Shown: one piece after another, positions 19,834 to 29,345 of the stretch
How positions within the stretch are numbered: the stretch's first letter is position 1
Layout: every line of letters begins with the position of its first letter
Virus record (IMG/VR): IMGVR_UViG_3300028805_000055
Location: 89,680 to 153,679 of that record
Reading direction: 5' to 3' (one strand)
Source: a virus
Taxonomy: Duplodnaviria; Caudoviricetes
DNA: 64,000 nt
Made by a program: the position numbers and the translations under genes
The notes under the pieces: generated by a model
Databases searched by the model: none
Seen by the model: only the letters and a program-made list of their open reading frames with translations
What the model was told of the DNA's origin: nothing

Positions 19834-20520
19834 TTACTCCAGTCTTTTACATTCTTCTTCACTAAACGTCGAATGAAGCTTCTCAAGCCACCATTTAGTC
19901 TTGACCTTGGACATTGGAAGCCTCTGTCCTGGAAGCCTCGTAGAACGCTTTAAAACCACTCCCTCCTTGACGTTAGGATACCTACAGCCTTCCTTAGTCC
20001 AGTCATTTTCCTGTATTGACTGTACGAAGTCAGCGGTGAGCTTACCGACATACACAACGTCTGGTGTCTCAACCCTAGCATCCTCACAGAAGATGTCAAT
20101 GAAGTCATTCGGTTCTACAAATCCTTTCTTCTTGATGAATACGTCAAACAATCCCAGGTGCATTTCATCACCAGGCTGGTGAAATCCAGCAAAGCTATGC
20201 TCTCCGTACCACTCAAAGAACAGGGTCAACTCCTCAGCACCATTGAAGATGCCATGTTTTCCAGAGTTATTGACAATGATATCCCTAAGAGCTGTTTCGT
20301 AGTTCTGTTTGAAGAATCTCACAGCGTCACCGAACTGCTCATTGGTCTCGTCCACAAGTTGAGTCCTTGACCCAAATGTGGTAAACTGTTTCTTTGTTAG
20401 ACCCTTGGGAGTGTATTTCACCCTAAAGTTCTGACCGTCCAGCTTGTTGAATGCCACTACCTGTTCACCTTTAAGCGTACCGTCATCCAATAGCCTTGGT
20501 ATACTTGCATATTCTTTCAT
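19834..20520 (-). CDS. ATP-dependent RNA ligase-like nucleotidyltransferase
   Basis: motif I KLDGQN, FEWYG, FDV, EGVVLK, KVK. Confidence 0.8.
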   Translation of the reverse strand: MKEYASIPRLLDDGTLKGEQVVAFNKLDGQNFRVKYTPKGLTKKQFTTFGSRTQLVDETNEQFGDAVRFFKQNYETALRDIIVNNSGKHGIFNGAEELTLFFEWYGEHSFAGFHQPGDEMHLGLFDVFIKKKGFVEPNDFIDIFCEDARVETPDVVYVGKLTADFVQSIQENDWTKEGCRYPNVKEGVVLKRSTRLPGQRLPMSKVKTKWWLEKLHSTFSEEECKRLE

Positions 20521-20532
20521 ATTATCTAATAG

Positions 20533-21057
20533 TTATAAACCACCCAGAAACTTTCCTCTCATCCTGGCATATCCAGACAAAGCCCTTTTCAACCTATGTA
20601 TTCCAGGAGAGTTTCTTACAAGACGCTTCATGGCATATATGATAGCTTCTCTCTGAGTAAGCCCAACTCCACTGCCATAGGAAAAGAAAGGGAATTTCAT
20701 ATATTCACCATCATGAAGGGGATAGGCACATGCCTCATAGCCAATAATAGGTTCTTTATCGTCTGAAAACCTTATACCTTTTGGCTCAAGGACAACCCTC
20801 ACTCCCTTAGATTGAAGTTTATCAATAAGTTCCTTGACAGAATCATCTATTGTGAAGTCTACCTTTTTGAAACAATTAACAGCTTCATTTTGAATATAGA
20901 GAAGATTATTCCTGTCATCGTAGAGACGTTCAGCACATACACCACATTTATACACTTTACCACGTGTGAACTTAGCATCACATGGTACATACCAACTATC
21001 AATATACATTATACCAGTATTCTCATCGGTACAAACGTAATACTCTCCTACTTTCAT
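20533..21057 (-). CDS. hypothetical protein
   Basis: 174-aa ORF, paralog of next. Confidence 0.75.
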   Translation of the reverse strand: MKVGEYYVCTDENTGIMYIDSWYVPCDAKFTRGKVYKCGVCAERLYDDRNNLLYIQNEAVNCFKKVDFTIDDSVKELIDKLQSKGVRVVLEPKGIRFSDDKEPIIGYEACAYPLHDGEYMKFPFFSYGSGVGLTQREAIIYAMKRLVRNSPGIHRLKRALSGYARMRGKFLGGL

Positions 21058-21093
21058 ACGTTATCCGAATCTGTAATAATACATTCCGTCAGC

Positions 21094-21750
21094 TCACATA
21101 CTAATCCTGCTGGCATCGAAAGCACCGAAATACATGCGCTTCGGTCTTATTACACAGCTCCTTACTCTGCATGCAAGACTACTCTTGAGTCTAAGCTTTT
21201 TCCACGCTTTGACTATTCCATCCTCCTGGGTCTCCACCTCATTAACTGTTGCATTGGCATAGATTGACCTATCACCTAGTTTTAGTAAGGTCATACATAC
21301 ATTCCATTTGATGATGAAGTCATCAAGCGAATATGTAGGAGTTTTTTTAGCCTCTTCTTTCATTACAGCAACAGGACTTATTGACACAGTGATACCCTTT
21401 CCTCTCATAATGTCAATTCTCCTTTGTGCCTCAGCAGTTATCTCATAGTTGAACTCCACGAAGTTATGGTAATTCTCCTCAGTTATTCCTATCGGATTAG
21501 AAAGAGCATCTGTGAGATAATTGTCAGCCTGGGACATGTAGTACTGTCCAATAAAGAATATAGGGTCTGGTTTCCACTCAGCATAACTAGGAGTTAAAAC
21601 ATTTCCATCCATAGTCATACGATAATAACAATTAGTAACAGAGTGGTAATACGTATCTATGAACTGGTTACGTAGTTTTTCCTTCTCTATCTCTTCCTGT
21701 GTTTTTACGTAAGCTCCGACACACAGATAAAGTTTGTTTTTCTCAATCAT
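21094..21750 (-). CDS. hypothetical protein
   Basis: 218-aa ORF. Confidence 0.75.
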   Translation of the reverse strand: MIEKNKLYLCVGAYVKTQEEIEKEKLRNQFIDTYYHSVTNCYYRMTMDGNVLTPSYAEWKPDPIFFIGQYYMSQADNYLTDALSNPIGITEENYHNFVEFNYEITAEAQRRIDIMRGKGITVSISPVAVMKEEAKKTPTYSLDDFIIKWNVCMTLLKLGDRSIYANATVNEVETQEDGIVKAWKKLRLKSSLACRVRSCVIRPKRMYFGAFDASRISM

Positions 21751-21764
21751 ATCTATTTAACTAT

Positions 21765-22232
21765 TTAGCATCCAGCAGCCCTTCTCTTGGTGATGGTATA
21801 CTTACCGAAAGAATCCCTTACATATAGCTCTGGATATATGAATCCACTTATAGTGAAAATTATAGTCCTGTTGCTACGTGAGAACCTTAACGTGTTGCCA
21901 TCATACAGGTATTCAAATGTATACACCCTGGAGTCAACACTACCAACAGCCTTGAATGTGATGTCACACTTCCTGGCATTGATGAATGAAATCCACTGCA
22001 TCTGGTATACAACATTTGGCTGTCCGTCAAGTATCTCGCCTATTCCTCTGATGTTCATGTCATAGGAACACTGCCAGCCTCCAATAAGCATATCTGCATA
22101 GAAGGCATCATTCTTTGAGTTATAGGAGCTGTTGTAGTAGCCCTTCTCAAACTTTCTCTCATTGAACTCGTTGTATGGACAGTCACATGCCCACAATGCA
22201 ACAAGTGATATGAGTAATAAAATCTTCTTCAT
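21765..22232 (-). CDS. putative lipoprotein
   Basis: signal MKKILLLISLVALWAC; LIGGW lipocalin-like start. Confidence 0.75.
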   Translation of the reverse strand: MKKILLLISLVALWACDCPYNEFNERKFEKGYYNSSYNSKNDAFYADMLIGGWQCSYDMNIRGIGEILDGQPNVVYQMQWISFINARKCDITFKAVGSVDSRVYTFEYLYDGNTLRFSRSNRTIIFTISGFIYPELYVRDSFGKYTITKRRAAGC

Positions 22233-22236
22233 GTCT

Positions 22237-22593
22237 TTACCACGTTAATAGTTTAATCTCTTTGTTCCTAACAGGAATCTTACTGCCTCTCTTGTATATA
22301 AGCTTTGTCTTCTTGTTATAAACATAACCATGAAACTTGAGTATGTCGCTTATCTTGCGATATTCCCTCTCAGTAATTTTGGTCACGTCAATAGCATCCC
22401 TAGCAAATATCCAGCCATTGATAACTGGAAAGTCAGATAAGCCTATGAAGAAGCTACAGAACATTCTTGGGGCAATACCTGTGTTGTCACTGTCATACTC
22501 TAATGGAGCAGTAGCAATGATGTGTCTTCCACCATAACGTAATTTCACAAACGCCATGCCCTGTGTGGCTTCCTTTAATTCAGCTAATCTCAT
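22237..22593 (-). CDS. hypothetical protein
   Basis: 118-aa ORF; GYVYN motif. Confidence 0.7.
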   Translation of the reverse strand: MRLAELKEATQGMAFVKLRYGGRHIIATAPLEYDSDNTGIAPRMFCSFFIGLSDFPVINGWIFARDAIDVTKITEREYRKISDILKFHGYVYNKKTKLIYKRGSKIPVRNKEIKLLTW

Positions 22594-22609
22594 TATCTGG
22601 TTATGGTAT

Positions 22610-23116
22610 TCAAATCTGGTTTATTTCCTTAAGTCTCTTCCTGGTCTCGTCAAGAACCTTACCAAGCAAGTTCTGTCCCCTCCAGTTTGACTCGTCATCC
22701 AGGGCAGTAACTTCGTCACAGCCAATACCCCATAGTTGGTCCGTTGGGCTGGCTTCAACAAAGCCCTTGCCATCAAACTCCTCGCTGAGGATGGTCTTCT
22801 TAAGTTCCTCGTTCTGCGTGAACTTCAACAGGTTGGCATCAAGCATGATGCCAAACCTCTTCTCGTTCCACACCTTATCGTCGTAACCCTGTACCTTCCT
22901 ACCCATAGCCTTAGCTGTACGAGGGTTAGAACCGAACTTGACAATCTGTTCAGCCATCTTGGTGTCACCGAAGGTAACAGCCTTCATGAACATGAAATAC
23001 TGCTCGGAGTTATAGAACTTATACTCCTGTCCGTTTACTGTGGTGGTAAATGTGGCTGAATACCAATTGGAAGGCCACTCACCCCAAAAGAATACGTGCT
23101 TATCTGTTACTCTCAT
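22610..23116 (-). CDS. NADAR (YbiA-like) family protein
   Basis: SNWY, SEQYFM..KA, KFTQN, EASP.D..WGIG, GQNLLG. Confidence 0.93.
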   Translation of the reverse strand: MRVTDKHVFFWGEWPSNWYSATFTTTVNGQEYKFYNSEQYFMFMKAVTFGDTKMAEQIVKFGSNPRTAKAMGRKVQGYDDKVWNEKRFGIMLDANLLKFTQNEELKKTILSEEFDGKGFVEASPTDQLWGIGCDEVTALDDESNWRGQNLLGKVLDETRKRLKEINQI

Positions 23117-23459
23117 AATCTTTTACTTTTATTATTTGTTTCTTTTTTCTGTTATATCTTAATCCATGATTTAATAGAATTCTGGAGAATTCAAGTATAT
23201 CATTTATATTTGGTCTCATAAGTGCATCATACTGCGTATTGAAACCAAAGGAATTATAATAATCGTTATACTCGCCATTAAAGTCTACTAAGAAGTCTAC
23301 ACCAATAACGGCAGCATACCCAGAAGAATTTAAAATAATATTATTTTCATTAGGCCATATGACAAGCATATAGTTTCTTTCGTAGTCGCAATATGGTGTA
23401 ACTATCTTGACGATATCGCCTTCTTTTGGTATGAATTCCTTAATCATATCTTCTATCAT
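23100..23459 (-). CDS. hypothetical protein, leaderless
   Basis: 119-aa ORF; ATG 4 nt after -7 box. Confidence 0.7.
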   Translation of the reverse strand: MIEDMIKEFIPKEGDIVKIVTPYCDYERNYMLVIWPNENNIILNSSGYAAVIGVDFLVDFNGEYNDYYNSFGFNTQYDALMRPNINDILEFSRILLNHGLRYNRKKKQIIKVKDYESNR

Positions 23460-23461
23460 AG

Positions 23462-23495
23462 TGCAAAGGTATAAAAAAAACGTGAGATAACCAAA
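23462..23495 (-). promoter_or_regulatory. Bacteroidota-type promoter
   Basis: TTTG..TACCTTTGCA. Confidence 0.8.
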
Positions 23496-23579
23496 TATAA
23501 AATATTAATTTATGTTTTTTAAAAGTTAAATATTGTTATTTTTTGAAATGTTGTACTATTTATAATAAAAAGGTTTAGT

Positions 23580-24683
23580 ATGAAAAAAAGGAAATTAACC
23601 TATGAATTTTGTGAAAAGATAGCAAAACAATTCACAAGAAAAGTAGATTTCGAGAAATTTGATATGTCTGCTTATGTGACATCAGTTAGAAATGGATGGA
23701 TTAACAATTGGTTTGATAGGAAAATTAAACCAAAAAATTACTGGACATATGAGAAATGTGAAGAGTGTTCTAAACAGTTTAAATATTATACTGAATTTAG
23801 AGACTCAGAATATTTGTCAGTTTATTTAAAATCCAAAAAAAATAAATGGATTTATGACTGGGATTGGCTTATTAATGACCTTGCTGAATTTGATAAAGAC
23901 GCAAAAATACATTTAATTTACATCTATATTTTCAAAGATACAAACTATTTCTATGTTGGGAGAACTATGCAGTTAAAACAAAGAGATTATGCCCATAGGC
24001 ATAAAATAAGAAAAAGGCATGGAGAAATATATTTAGATGCTGTTCAAAAACATTCAAAAGAAAATAATATAGATATACCTCAACCAATTGTTCTAGAAGA
24101 ACATTTAACAGTTTCTGAGTCAAAAGAACAAGAGCATTTTTGGCTTGAACATTTTAAAAAGAAGGGTATGATTCCATTAAATACAGCTAAAACAGGAAAA
24201 AAATATAGTTCAATTGGAGGCGGCAGGCAAAAATGGACATATAATAGAGTATATGAAGAAGCTAAAAAATACCAGCATAGAGGGGAGTTTTATAATGGTT
24301 CTACACAAGCATATAGAGTTGCATTAAAATACAACTGGATAAATGATTATGATTGGATGACTTTAAATGGTACACCTCCAGGAACTTGGACATATGAAAA
24401 AGTTTATAGTGAAGCAATTAAATACAAACATAAAACTGATTTTAAGAAAAATTCTACACTAGCTTATTCAGCAGCTATAAGACATGATTTTATGAAGAAT
24501 TTTACTTGGTTTAAACGCCCTAAAAAAGAAAAAAAATATGATTTTAAAGAAGATGAAATGCTTTTAATTTTTAAAGAATATGTAACGAAAAAAGATTTTT
24601 ATACTAAGAATGATGCTTTATACAGATATGCATTAAAAGAACATAGAGAACTTTTAAATAAATATTATAAAAATAGGGGGTAA
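23580..24683 (+). CDS. free-standing GIY-YIG homing endonuclease with WTYE repeats
   Basis: LIYIY..FYVGRT..R...H, E..W, LN; AT-rich; only + strand gene. Confidence 0.85.
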   Translation: MKKRKLTYEFCEKIAKQFTRKVDFEKFDMSAYVTSVRNGWINNWFDRKIKPKNYWTYEKCEECSKQFKYYTEFRDSEYLSVYLKSKKNKWIYDWDWLINDLAEFDKDAKIHLIYIYIFKDTNYFYVGRTMQLKQRDYAHRHKIRKRHGEIYLDAVQKHSKENNIDIPQPIVLEEHLTVSESKEQEHFWLEHFKKKGMIPLNTAKTGKKYSSIGGGRQKWTYNRVYEEAKKYQHRGEFYNGSTQAYRVALKYNWINDYDWMTLNGTPPGTWTYEKVYSEAIKYKHKTDFKKNSTLAYSAAIRHDFMKNFTWFKRPKKEKKYDFKEDEMLLIFKEYVTKKDFYTKNDALYRYALKEHRELLNKYYKNRG

Positions 24684-24698
24684 TCAGCCCCCTATTTG
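24672..24698. terminator. hairpin spanning two convergent stop codons
   Basis: aaatagggg/cccctattt. Confidence 0.6.
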
Positions 24699-25916
24699 TT
24701 TAAGAAGATATTCACATTTTTCTTTATTACCAAGAGTTTTACCTTTGTCGTTTGAAAGTTTAACACAGTCATGCCACTCACGAAGTTCGGTGATTCGCAT
24801 TCCAACGAGTTTAATGACGATATTAGAATATGGGAACTTCTCCCCAGTTTCAGAATTGGTCACGTCAGCACAAAGGTGCGTTCCAATTCCATAGGAATCC
24901 TTCATACGCCCATTAAGCCACTCATGAAGTTCAATTGCCTTGTCAATGGTAAGAGCATTAGAGTAGACGATAGATTTTGTTGCTGGGTCAATGCCAAGCG
25001 ACTGATACTTTTCAATCATCTTTTCAGTCTCTTCTCTCTCGTCACCGCTATCAATGCGGATACCATCGAACATCTTAGCCATCTTCTTGGAGAAATTAGA
25101 TAAGAATACCTTAGAGCCGAAACAATCTGGAAGGAAAATACCAAGGTCTCCATCGTAAACGTCAGACCACTTCTTCATCACTTGATAGTTACACTCAAAA
25201 ATACCACTTACACATTCCTCAAAAGAACAAATCTGATGAGACATAGTTCCAATTGGAACAAGACCAAATTCTTTAGCAAACCAAACATTAGATGTACCAA
25301 CAATTTTTCCAGGATAGTCTTTTTCTTCTCCGTATTTTTTTGCTTCGGCTAATGCTTTCACCACATCATAGTGGTTTTGGAAATCAAACCTTCTTCTAGT
25401 TCCCATGTCACTAAGCAAAAGTCCATTCCTTAATGCTTTAATGCTTTTTTCCAATGTTTTTTTATATTCATTGTCCCTGTTAACCTTCTCAATATCGCCA
25501 TTGAGAATATGCATCAATTCAGAAATGGTAGAAAGAATTGGCATTTCCCACATGATGGTGGAATACCATTTACCTTCAATCATAATTGATAAATAGCCAC
25601 TTTGGTCTTGCAAGATATGTACATCAGATGGATTAAATCTGAAACCACGAAGGAAATTGTAATACCATTCTGGCAAGAAATAAACCTTTTTCTTCATGAA
25701 CTCAATTTCTTCTTCTGTGATAACAACATCCTTCATGGCGTTAATTTGTTCTTGGAGTAATTTACCAAACCCTTCTGGATAACGAGTATGGTTGCGGTCA
25801 AAGAATGAATACCTTACTTCCGCACGTGGATACGTCTGTAAGATGTAATACTGACAAGTAAATGTATAAAGGTCGTTGTCAGTAAAATGATTAATAATTC
25901 TTCTTATTTCTTTCAT
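24684..25916 (-). CDS. pncB: nicotinate phosphoribosyltransferase
   Basis: DNDLYTFT, DMGTRRR, GTSNV, GTMSH, RIDSGD, GIGT, KLSNDKGK. Confidence 0.95.
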   Translation of the reverse strand: MKEIRRIINHFTDNDLYTFTCQYYILQTYPRAEVRYSFFDRNHTRYPEGFGKLLQEQINAMKDVVITEEEIEFMKKKVYFLPEWYYNFLRGFRFNPSDVHILQDQSGYLSIMIEGKWYSTIMWEMPILSTISELMHILNGDIEKVNRDNEYKKTLEKSIKALRNGLLLSDMGTRRRFDFQNHYDVVKALAEAKKYGEEKDYPGKIVGTSNVWFAKEFGLVPIGTMSHQICSFEECVSGIFECNYQVMKKWSDVYDGDLGIFLPDCFGSKVFLSNFSKKMAKMFDGIRIDSGDEREETEKMIEKYQSLGIDPATKSIVYSNALTIDKAIELHEWLNGRMKDSYGIGTHLCADVTNSETGEKFPYSNIVIKLVGMRITELREWHDCVKLSNDKGKTLGNKEKCEYLLKQIGG

Positions 25917-25939
25917 GTTATTTAATGTTTAATGATAGC

Positions 25940-26347
25940 TTATTTTAAGCCTAGTTTCTTGATTTCAACAGTGGTTGTTTCACCTTTTAGTTTTCTGAGG
26001 GGGTAAACCTTGACTGGTTTTAGCCCATTAATACCTATAACGAAGTTATGACCCTGCATTGACCTCACATGACATATGATATTTCCCTTATATTGGTAGT
26101 GTTCCAAGGCAGCAACGAATTTAAACACATGTGGTCTGTTTACTGCCATAGCTTGTCTGTTAGTATTAAAACCATGTGACTTCTGTTTGCCAAAACCGAA
26201 AGCATTGAATGCAGTTGTGAAATTACTATAGTGTTCACCCCAGTCAGCCACTTCTACAAGGTCTCCTGGTCTAAAGGGAAATGTTTTGTAAAGTTTCTCG
26301 CCATTTTCAAGCTTATAGGTGAATTCAAGCTTACCATCGTTCATCAT
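25940..26347 (-). CDS. hypothetical protein
   Basis: 135-aa ORF. Confidence 0.75.
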   Translation of the reverse strand: MMNDGKLEFTYKLENGEKLYKTFPFRPGDLVEVADWGEHYSNFTTAFNAFGFGKQKSHGFNTNRQAMAVNRPHVFKFVAALEHYQYKGNIICHVRSMQGHNFVIGINGLKPVKVYPLRKLKGETTTVEIKKLGLK

Positions 26348-26579
26348 AATAATCCTCCTGTGGCTCTTCTACAACCTGTTGTGCGGGTTGGGTGTTATAC
26401 CTATCATACACAGCAGGTGCTACTTTTCTCTTATAATGAGACTGTGATGCTTCGCCAATCCAAGTTACGCTCTGGGTGCATCCAGCAACAGAGAGAACAA
26501 CGAGGATTACCTTGAATAGTGTCCTCGTTAAATCTCTCATAATCTCCTGGTCTAGAGACCTATCGTTTCTTTGTACCAT
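26331..26579 (-). CDS. small membrane/lipoprotein
   Basis: hydrophobic stretch ending VAGC. Confidence 0.6.
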   Translation of the reverse strand: MVQRNDRSLDQEIMRDLTRTLFKVILVVLSVAGCTQSVTWIGEASQSHYKRKVAPAVYDRYNTQPAQQVVEEPQEDYYDERW

Positions 26580-27457
26580 GTGTTAAACTCTTCAAATTCA
26601 TCATCAGTGAACTCACTACGCACACGCTGGTATTCAATATAGTCAACGTATTTAACCTTGACTATGATGCGATTACCACGTCCATCACACATAGGGATAA
26701 CAGGACGAGCCACAATACCTTCCTCAATAAGGGTTGGGTCAGCAGCCCTGTCAAACTTGGTTTTGAAGCCCTTCATAACCATCTGCTCAATGTCACGCAG
26801 GGTCATATTGCCGATATAAGGCACGGTCTCCAGCTTGAGTGTCTTGCACATTTCGTCACGCATATCCTTTGGCAACCACCAGCCCTGCTGACGAATGTCG
26901 AATACAAGGAAGCCATTGCCATTCTGTATATAGCGTCCACCACCCTTCTGAACACCAGAGCCGAAGTACTCGCCATAGATGTAGATGGGGACTTCCTCAA
27001 GGCCGACGATATATTGTCCGTCCTTTGATGGGTTAACCTTTGTAATGTCAAGTGGGTCAACCATATTACAGTTCCAGTACTCTATCTTATTGGTCTCCTT
27101 GTCTTTCACCTGTGTGAAACGTGCTGTCTCTTTCGGGAACATAGCACGAAGCATAGGATGGATGCGGTCAGCAATCTCCTGGAGCATTTCGAACTGTCCA
27201 TGCTGTGAGGTTGCATTGTCTGACTTACCGCCTACTTTGATGACACCAGTAGAGGGGTAGAAAGCAATCTTGGAGTTAGTACCGTCAATCTTGCTGTATG
27301 CCTCCCACAGGTTGTCAAACAGATACTTAGCCTCGATGTTTGAGAACTCACCAAGGATAATCTTGTTTCTGAACTTTAACCACTTCTGGTTGGGGCATTC
27401 ATCACCCTTGAACTGATACCTCTTATACATGGTATCGATTTTTGTATATGTCTCCAT
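26552..27457 (-). CDS. RNA ligase (Rnl2-like) family protein
   Basis: KIDGTN, YGEYFG, FDI, EGIVARP, KVK. Confidence 0.85.
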   Translation of the reverse strand: METYTKIDTMYKRYQFKGDECPNQKWLKFRNKIILGEFSNIEAKYLFDNLWEAYSKIDGTNSKIAFYPSTGVIKVGGKSDNATSQHGQFEMLQEIADRIHPMLRAMFPKETARFTQVKDKETNKIEYWNCNMVDPLDITKVNPSKDGQYIVGLEEVPIYIYGEYFGSGVQKGGGRYIQNGNGFLVFDIRQQGWWLPKDMRDEMCKTLKLETVPYIGNMTLRDIEQMVMKGFKTKFDRAADPTLIEEGIVARPVIPMCDGRGNRIIVKVKYVDYIEYQRVRSEFTDDEFEEFNTWYKETIGL

Positions 27458-27461
27458 TATT

Positions 27462-27788
27462 CTAATCTTCTATTTCTAAATCTAATTCTTTTAGTAAACT
27501 CTCATAGAGACAGATAAGGTTATAAGTGTTCTGCGAGAACTCGACGAATGTCTTATCATCCTCGTCAATCTCGAACATCTTCTTATCAGTCAGTATGAAC
27601 ATACCGTTCTGCTGCAAGAGCAGACCTGTTATCTTTCTGTTACCGAAACTGAACTGGTTGGCTTTCTTAAACTTTACCAGCCCACTTGTTGCCAACAAGA
27701 CAGCGATGTCTCTTACGATGTTACACTTGAGCATGAAAACGCTCTGCTCGTGTAATGTTCTGTAATCTATGATATCTTTTCTGTTCAT
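27462..27788 (-). CDS. hypothetical protein, leaderless
   Basis: 108-aa ORF. Confidence 0.7.
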   Translation of the reverse strand: MNRKDIIDYRTLHEQSVFMLKCNIVRDIAVLLATSGLVKFKKANQFSFGNRKITGLLLQQNGMFILTDKKMFEIDEDDKTFVEFSQNTYNLICLYESLLKELDLEIED

Positions 27789-27790
27789 GG

Positions 27791-27824
27791 TGCAAAAGTA
27801 AGCAGAATTTTCGAGATAACCAAA
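27791..27824 (-). promoter_or_regulatory. Bacteroidota-type promoter
   Basis: TTTG..TACTTTTGCA. Confidence 0.75.
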
Positions 27825-27833
27825 TTTAGCTAG

Positions 27834-28475
27834 TTAAAACTTGTTAAATGTTAGGTAAATCAGATAAACTGCAAACACAATACCATGTATTCCTATCATT
27901 ATGAAGGTGAGCGTTGGGGATACGATGTACATAATCCACGCCATAAAGATATAGAACAGTGAGGTAATCGCTATAGCACCATACCAGGCAACAGTAAGTT
28001 CATTAGGTACTGGCTTATGAGTCTTCTTATACTCCTCGTAGTAGTCTTCACAGTACATACTGGTTACATCCTCTACTGATAGTTTATGCTCTCGTCTGAT
28101 ATCGCTGTAACGGCTATTAAGCATACTTCTCAATATAACCAACCTTCTAATGATAGGGATGTTAAGCACTGCCTTATACTCGTGACCATGTTTGGTCATG
28201 AAAGACAGTCCACAGAACTTAATGGTTGGATTACTCTTCATCTTCTTAATGACAATAGCATCCTCACTTTTCTCGTCACGATTCCAAGGATGAAGAACAT
28301 GTCCCTCCATTGGGTTGAAGCTCAACTGAAAATTGAAGAACTTCTTTCTCTTTTTAAGGACACGATAGGTCTCTTTAACAATGGATTTTGATTCCTCCGT
28401 TGCCTCCTTATCAAGACCCTTATGCTGATATCCTATGTTGAATGGTTCTACATTAAATGGTACACTATTCTTCAT
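27834..28475 (-). CDS. membrane protein
   Basis: two C-terminal TM segments. Confidence 0.75.
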   Translation of the reverse strand: MKNSVPFNVEPFNIGYQHKGLDKEATEESKSIVKETYRVLKKRKKFFNFQLSFNPMEGHVLHPWNRDEKSEDAIVIKKMKSNPTIKFCGLSFMTKHGHEYKAVLNIPIIRRLVILRSMLNSRYSDIRREHKLSVEDVTSMYCEDYYEEYKKTHKPVPNELTVAWYGAIAITSLFYIFMAWIMYIVSPTLTFIMIGIHGIVFAVYLIYLTFNKF

Positions 28476-28683
28476 CAGTTATTTCTTTAAGCAGTTTTTT
28501 CCAACCAAACACCCTAGCAAATAGACTAGCCTCAGTGATGTTATCGAGCATTTCCTGCAAGTTGTTTATACGCTCATTATATACCTCAATTTGTTTCTTG
28601 GAGTCAGCCCAGGACTTTTCAAGAGATTCTATCTTCTCTTTCATGCCCTTATACTCCTCCATTGGTATTTCTATCCTAGCCAT
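28465..28683 (-). CDS. small coiled-coil protein
   Basis: ORF from MARIEIP. Confidence 0.7.
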   Translation of the reverse strand: MARIEIPMEEYKGMKEKIESLEKSWADSKKQIEVYNERINNLQEMLDNITEASLFARVFGWKKLLKEITDEE

Positions 28684-28684
28684 A

Positions 28685-29260
28685 CTATACAAGTTCTACT
28701 CTTTCACTGTTAGCAATGAAATCGGTGAATGCCTGTGCAGTGTCCTCTGCGATAGCAGGGCAGAAATCCTTGAACACCACGAACTTCACATTAGGCAAGT
28801 AACGCAGACCATCCTTGACGGTATCAGCAACGCAGTAGTCATAGGCAATACCTCCGACATGAATCTCCTCGATGCCAAGTGCCTCAACCATTGCAAGAAT
28901 CTTCTTGCGTGACTCCTCGTTCTTGAAGACTGAGTATTCCTCGTGGTCTTCGTCGCATCCCTTAGTGAATACGGTGAAGTTAGGACAGGTCTTCATAACG
29001 TCATACAGAGGCTGGTAAATAGCAGCATCCTTTGTGAACTGTTCACAGTGGTTAGGCCATATTCCACCATTCTCCTTGAATGAGCAATGGGTTGATGGAT
29101 GCCAGTCTACAGTCTCTCCTACTGCTGCATACTTATTCCCATTTTTAGAAAGGTACTCAGCCTGGAGGTCTCCACACTTAGTTCCACCTGCTACTGCAAG
29201 GTTTCCACCCTCACGAAATCCATCCTGGTTATCAATACCAAGGTACATTATTTTACTCAT
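28685..29260 (-). CDS. pncA: nicotinamidase
   Basis: IDNQDGF..GG.LAV, DWHP..H.SF, WPNHC, KG, YS, GIAYDYCV. Confidence 0.93.
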   Translation of the reverse strand: MSKIMYLGIDNQDGFREGGNLAVAGGTKCGDLQAEYLSKNGNKYAAVGETVDWHPSTHCSFKENGGIWPNHCEQFTKDAAIYQPLYDVMKTCPNFTVFTKGCDEDHEEYSVFKNEESRKKILAMVEALGIEEIHVGGIAYDYCVADTVKDGLRYLPNVKFVVFKDFCPAIAEDTAQAFTDFIANSERVELV

Positions 29261-29345
29261 ACTTTTAAAACTATTTTAATATTTATTATATTTTATTTAA
29301 TAATATTAATATAATATATAACTTAATATATACTATTATAATATA

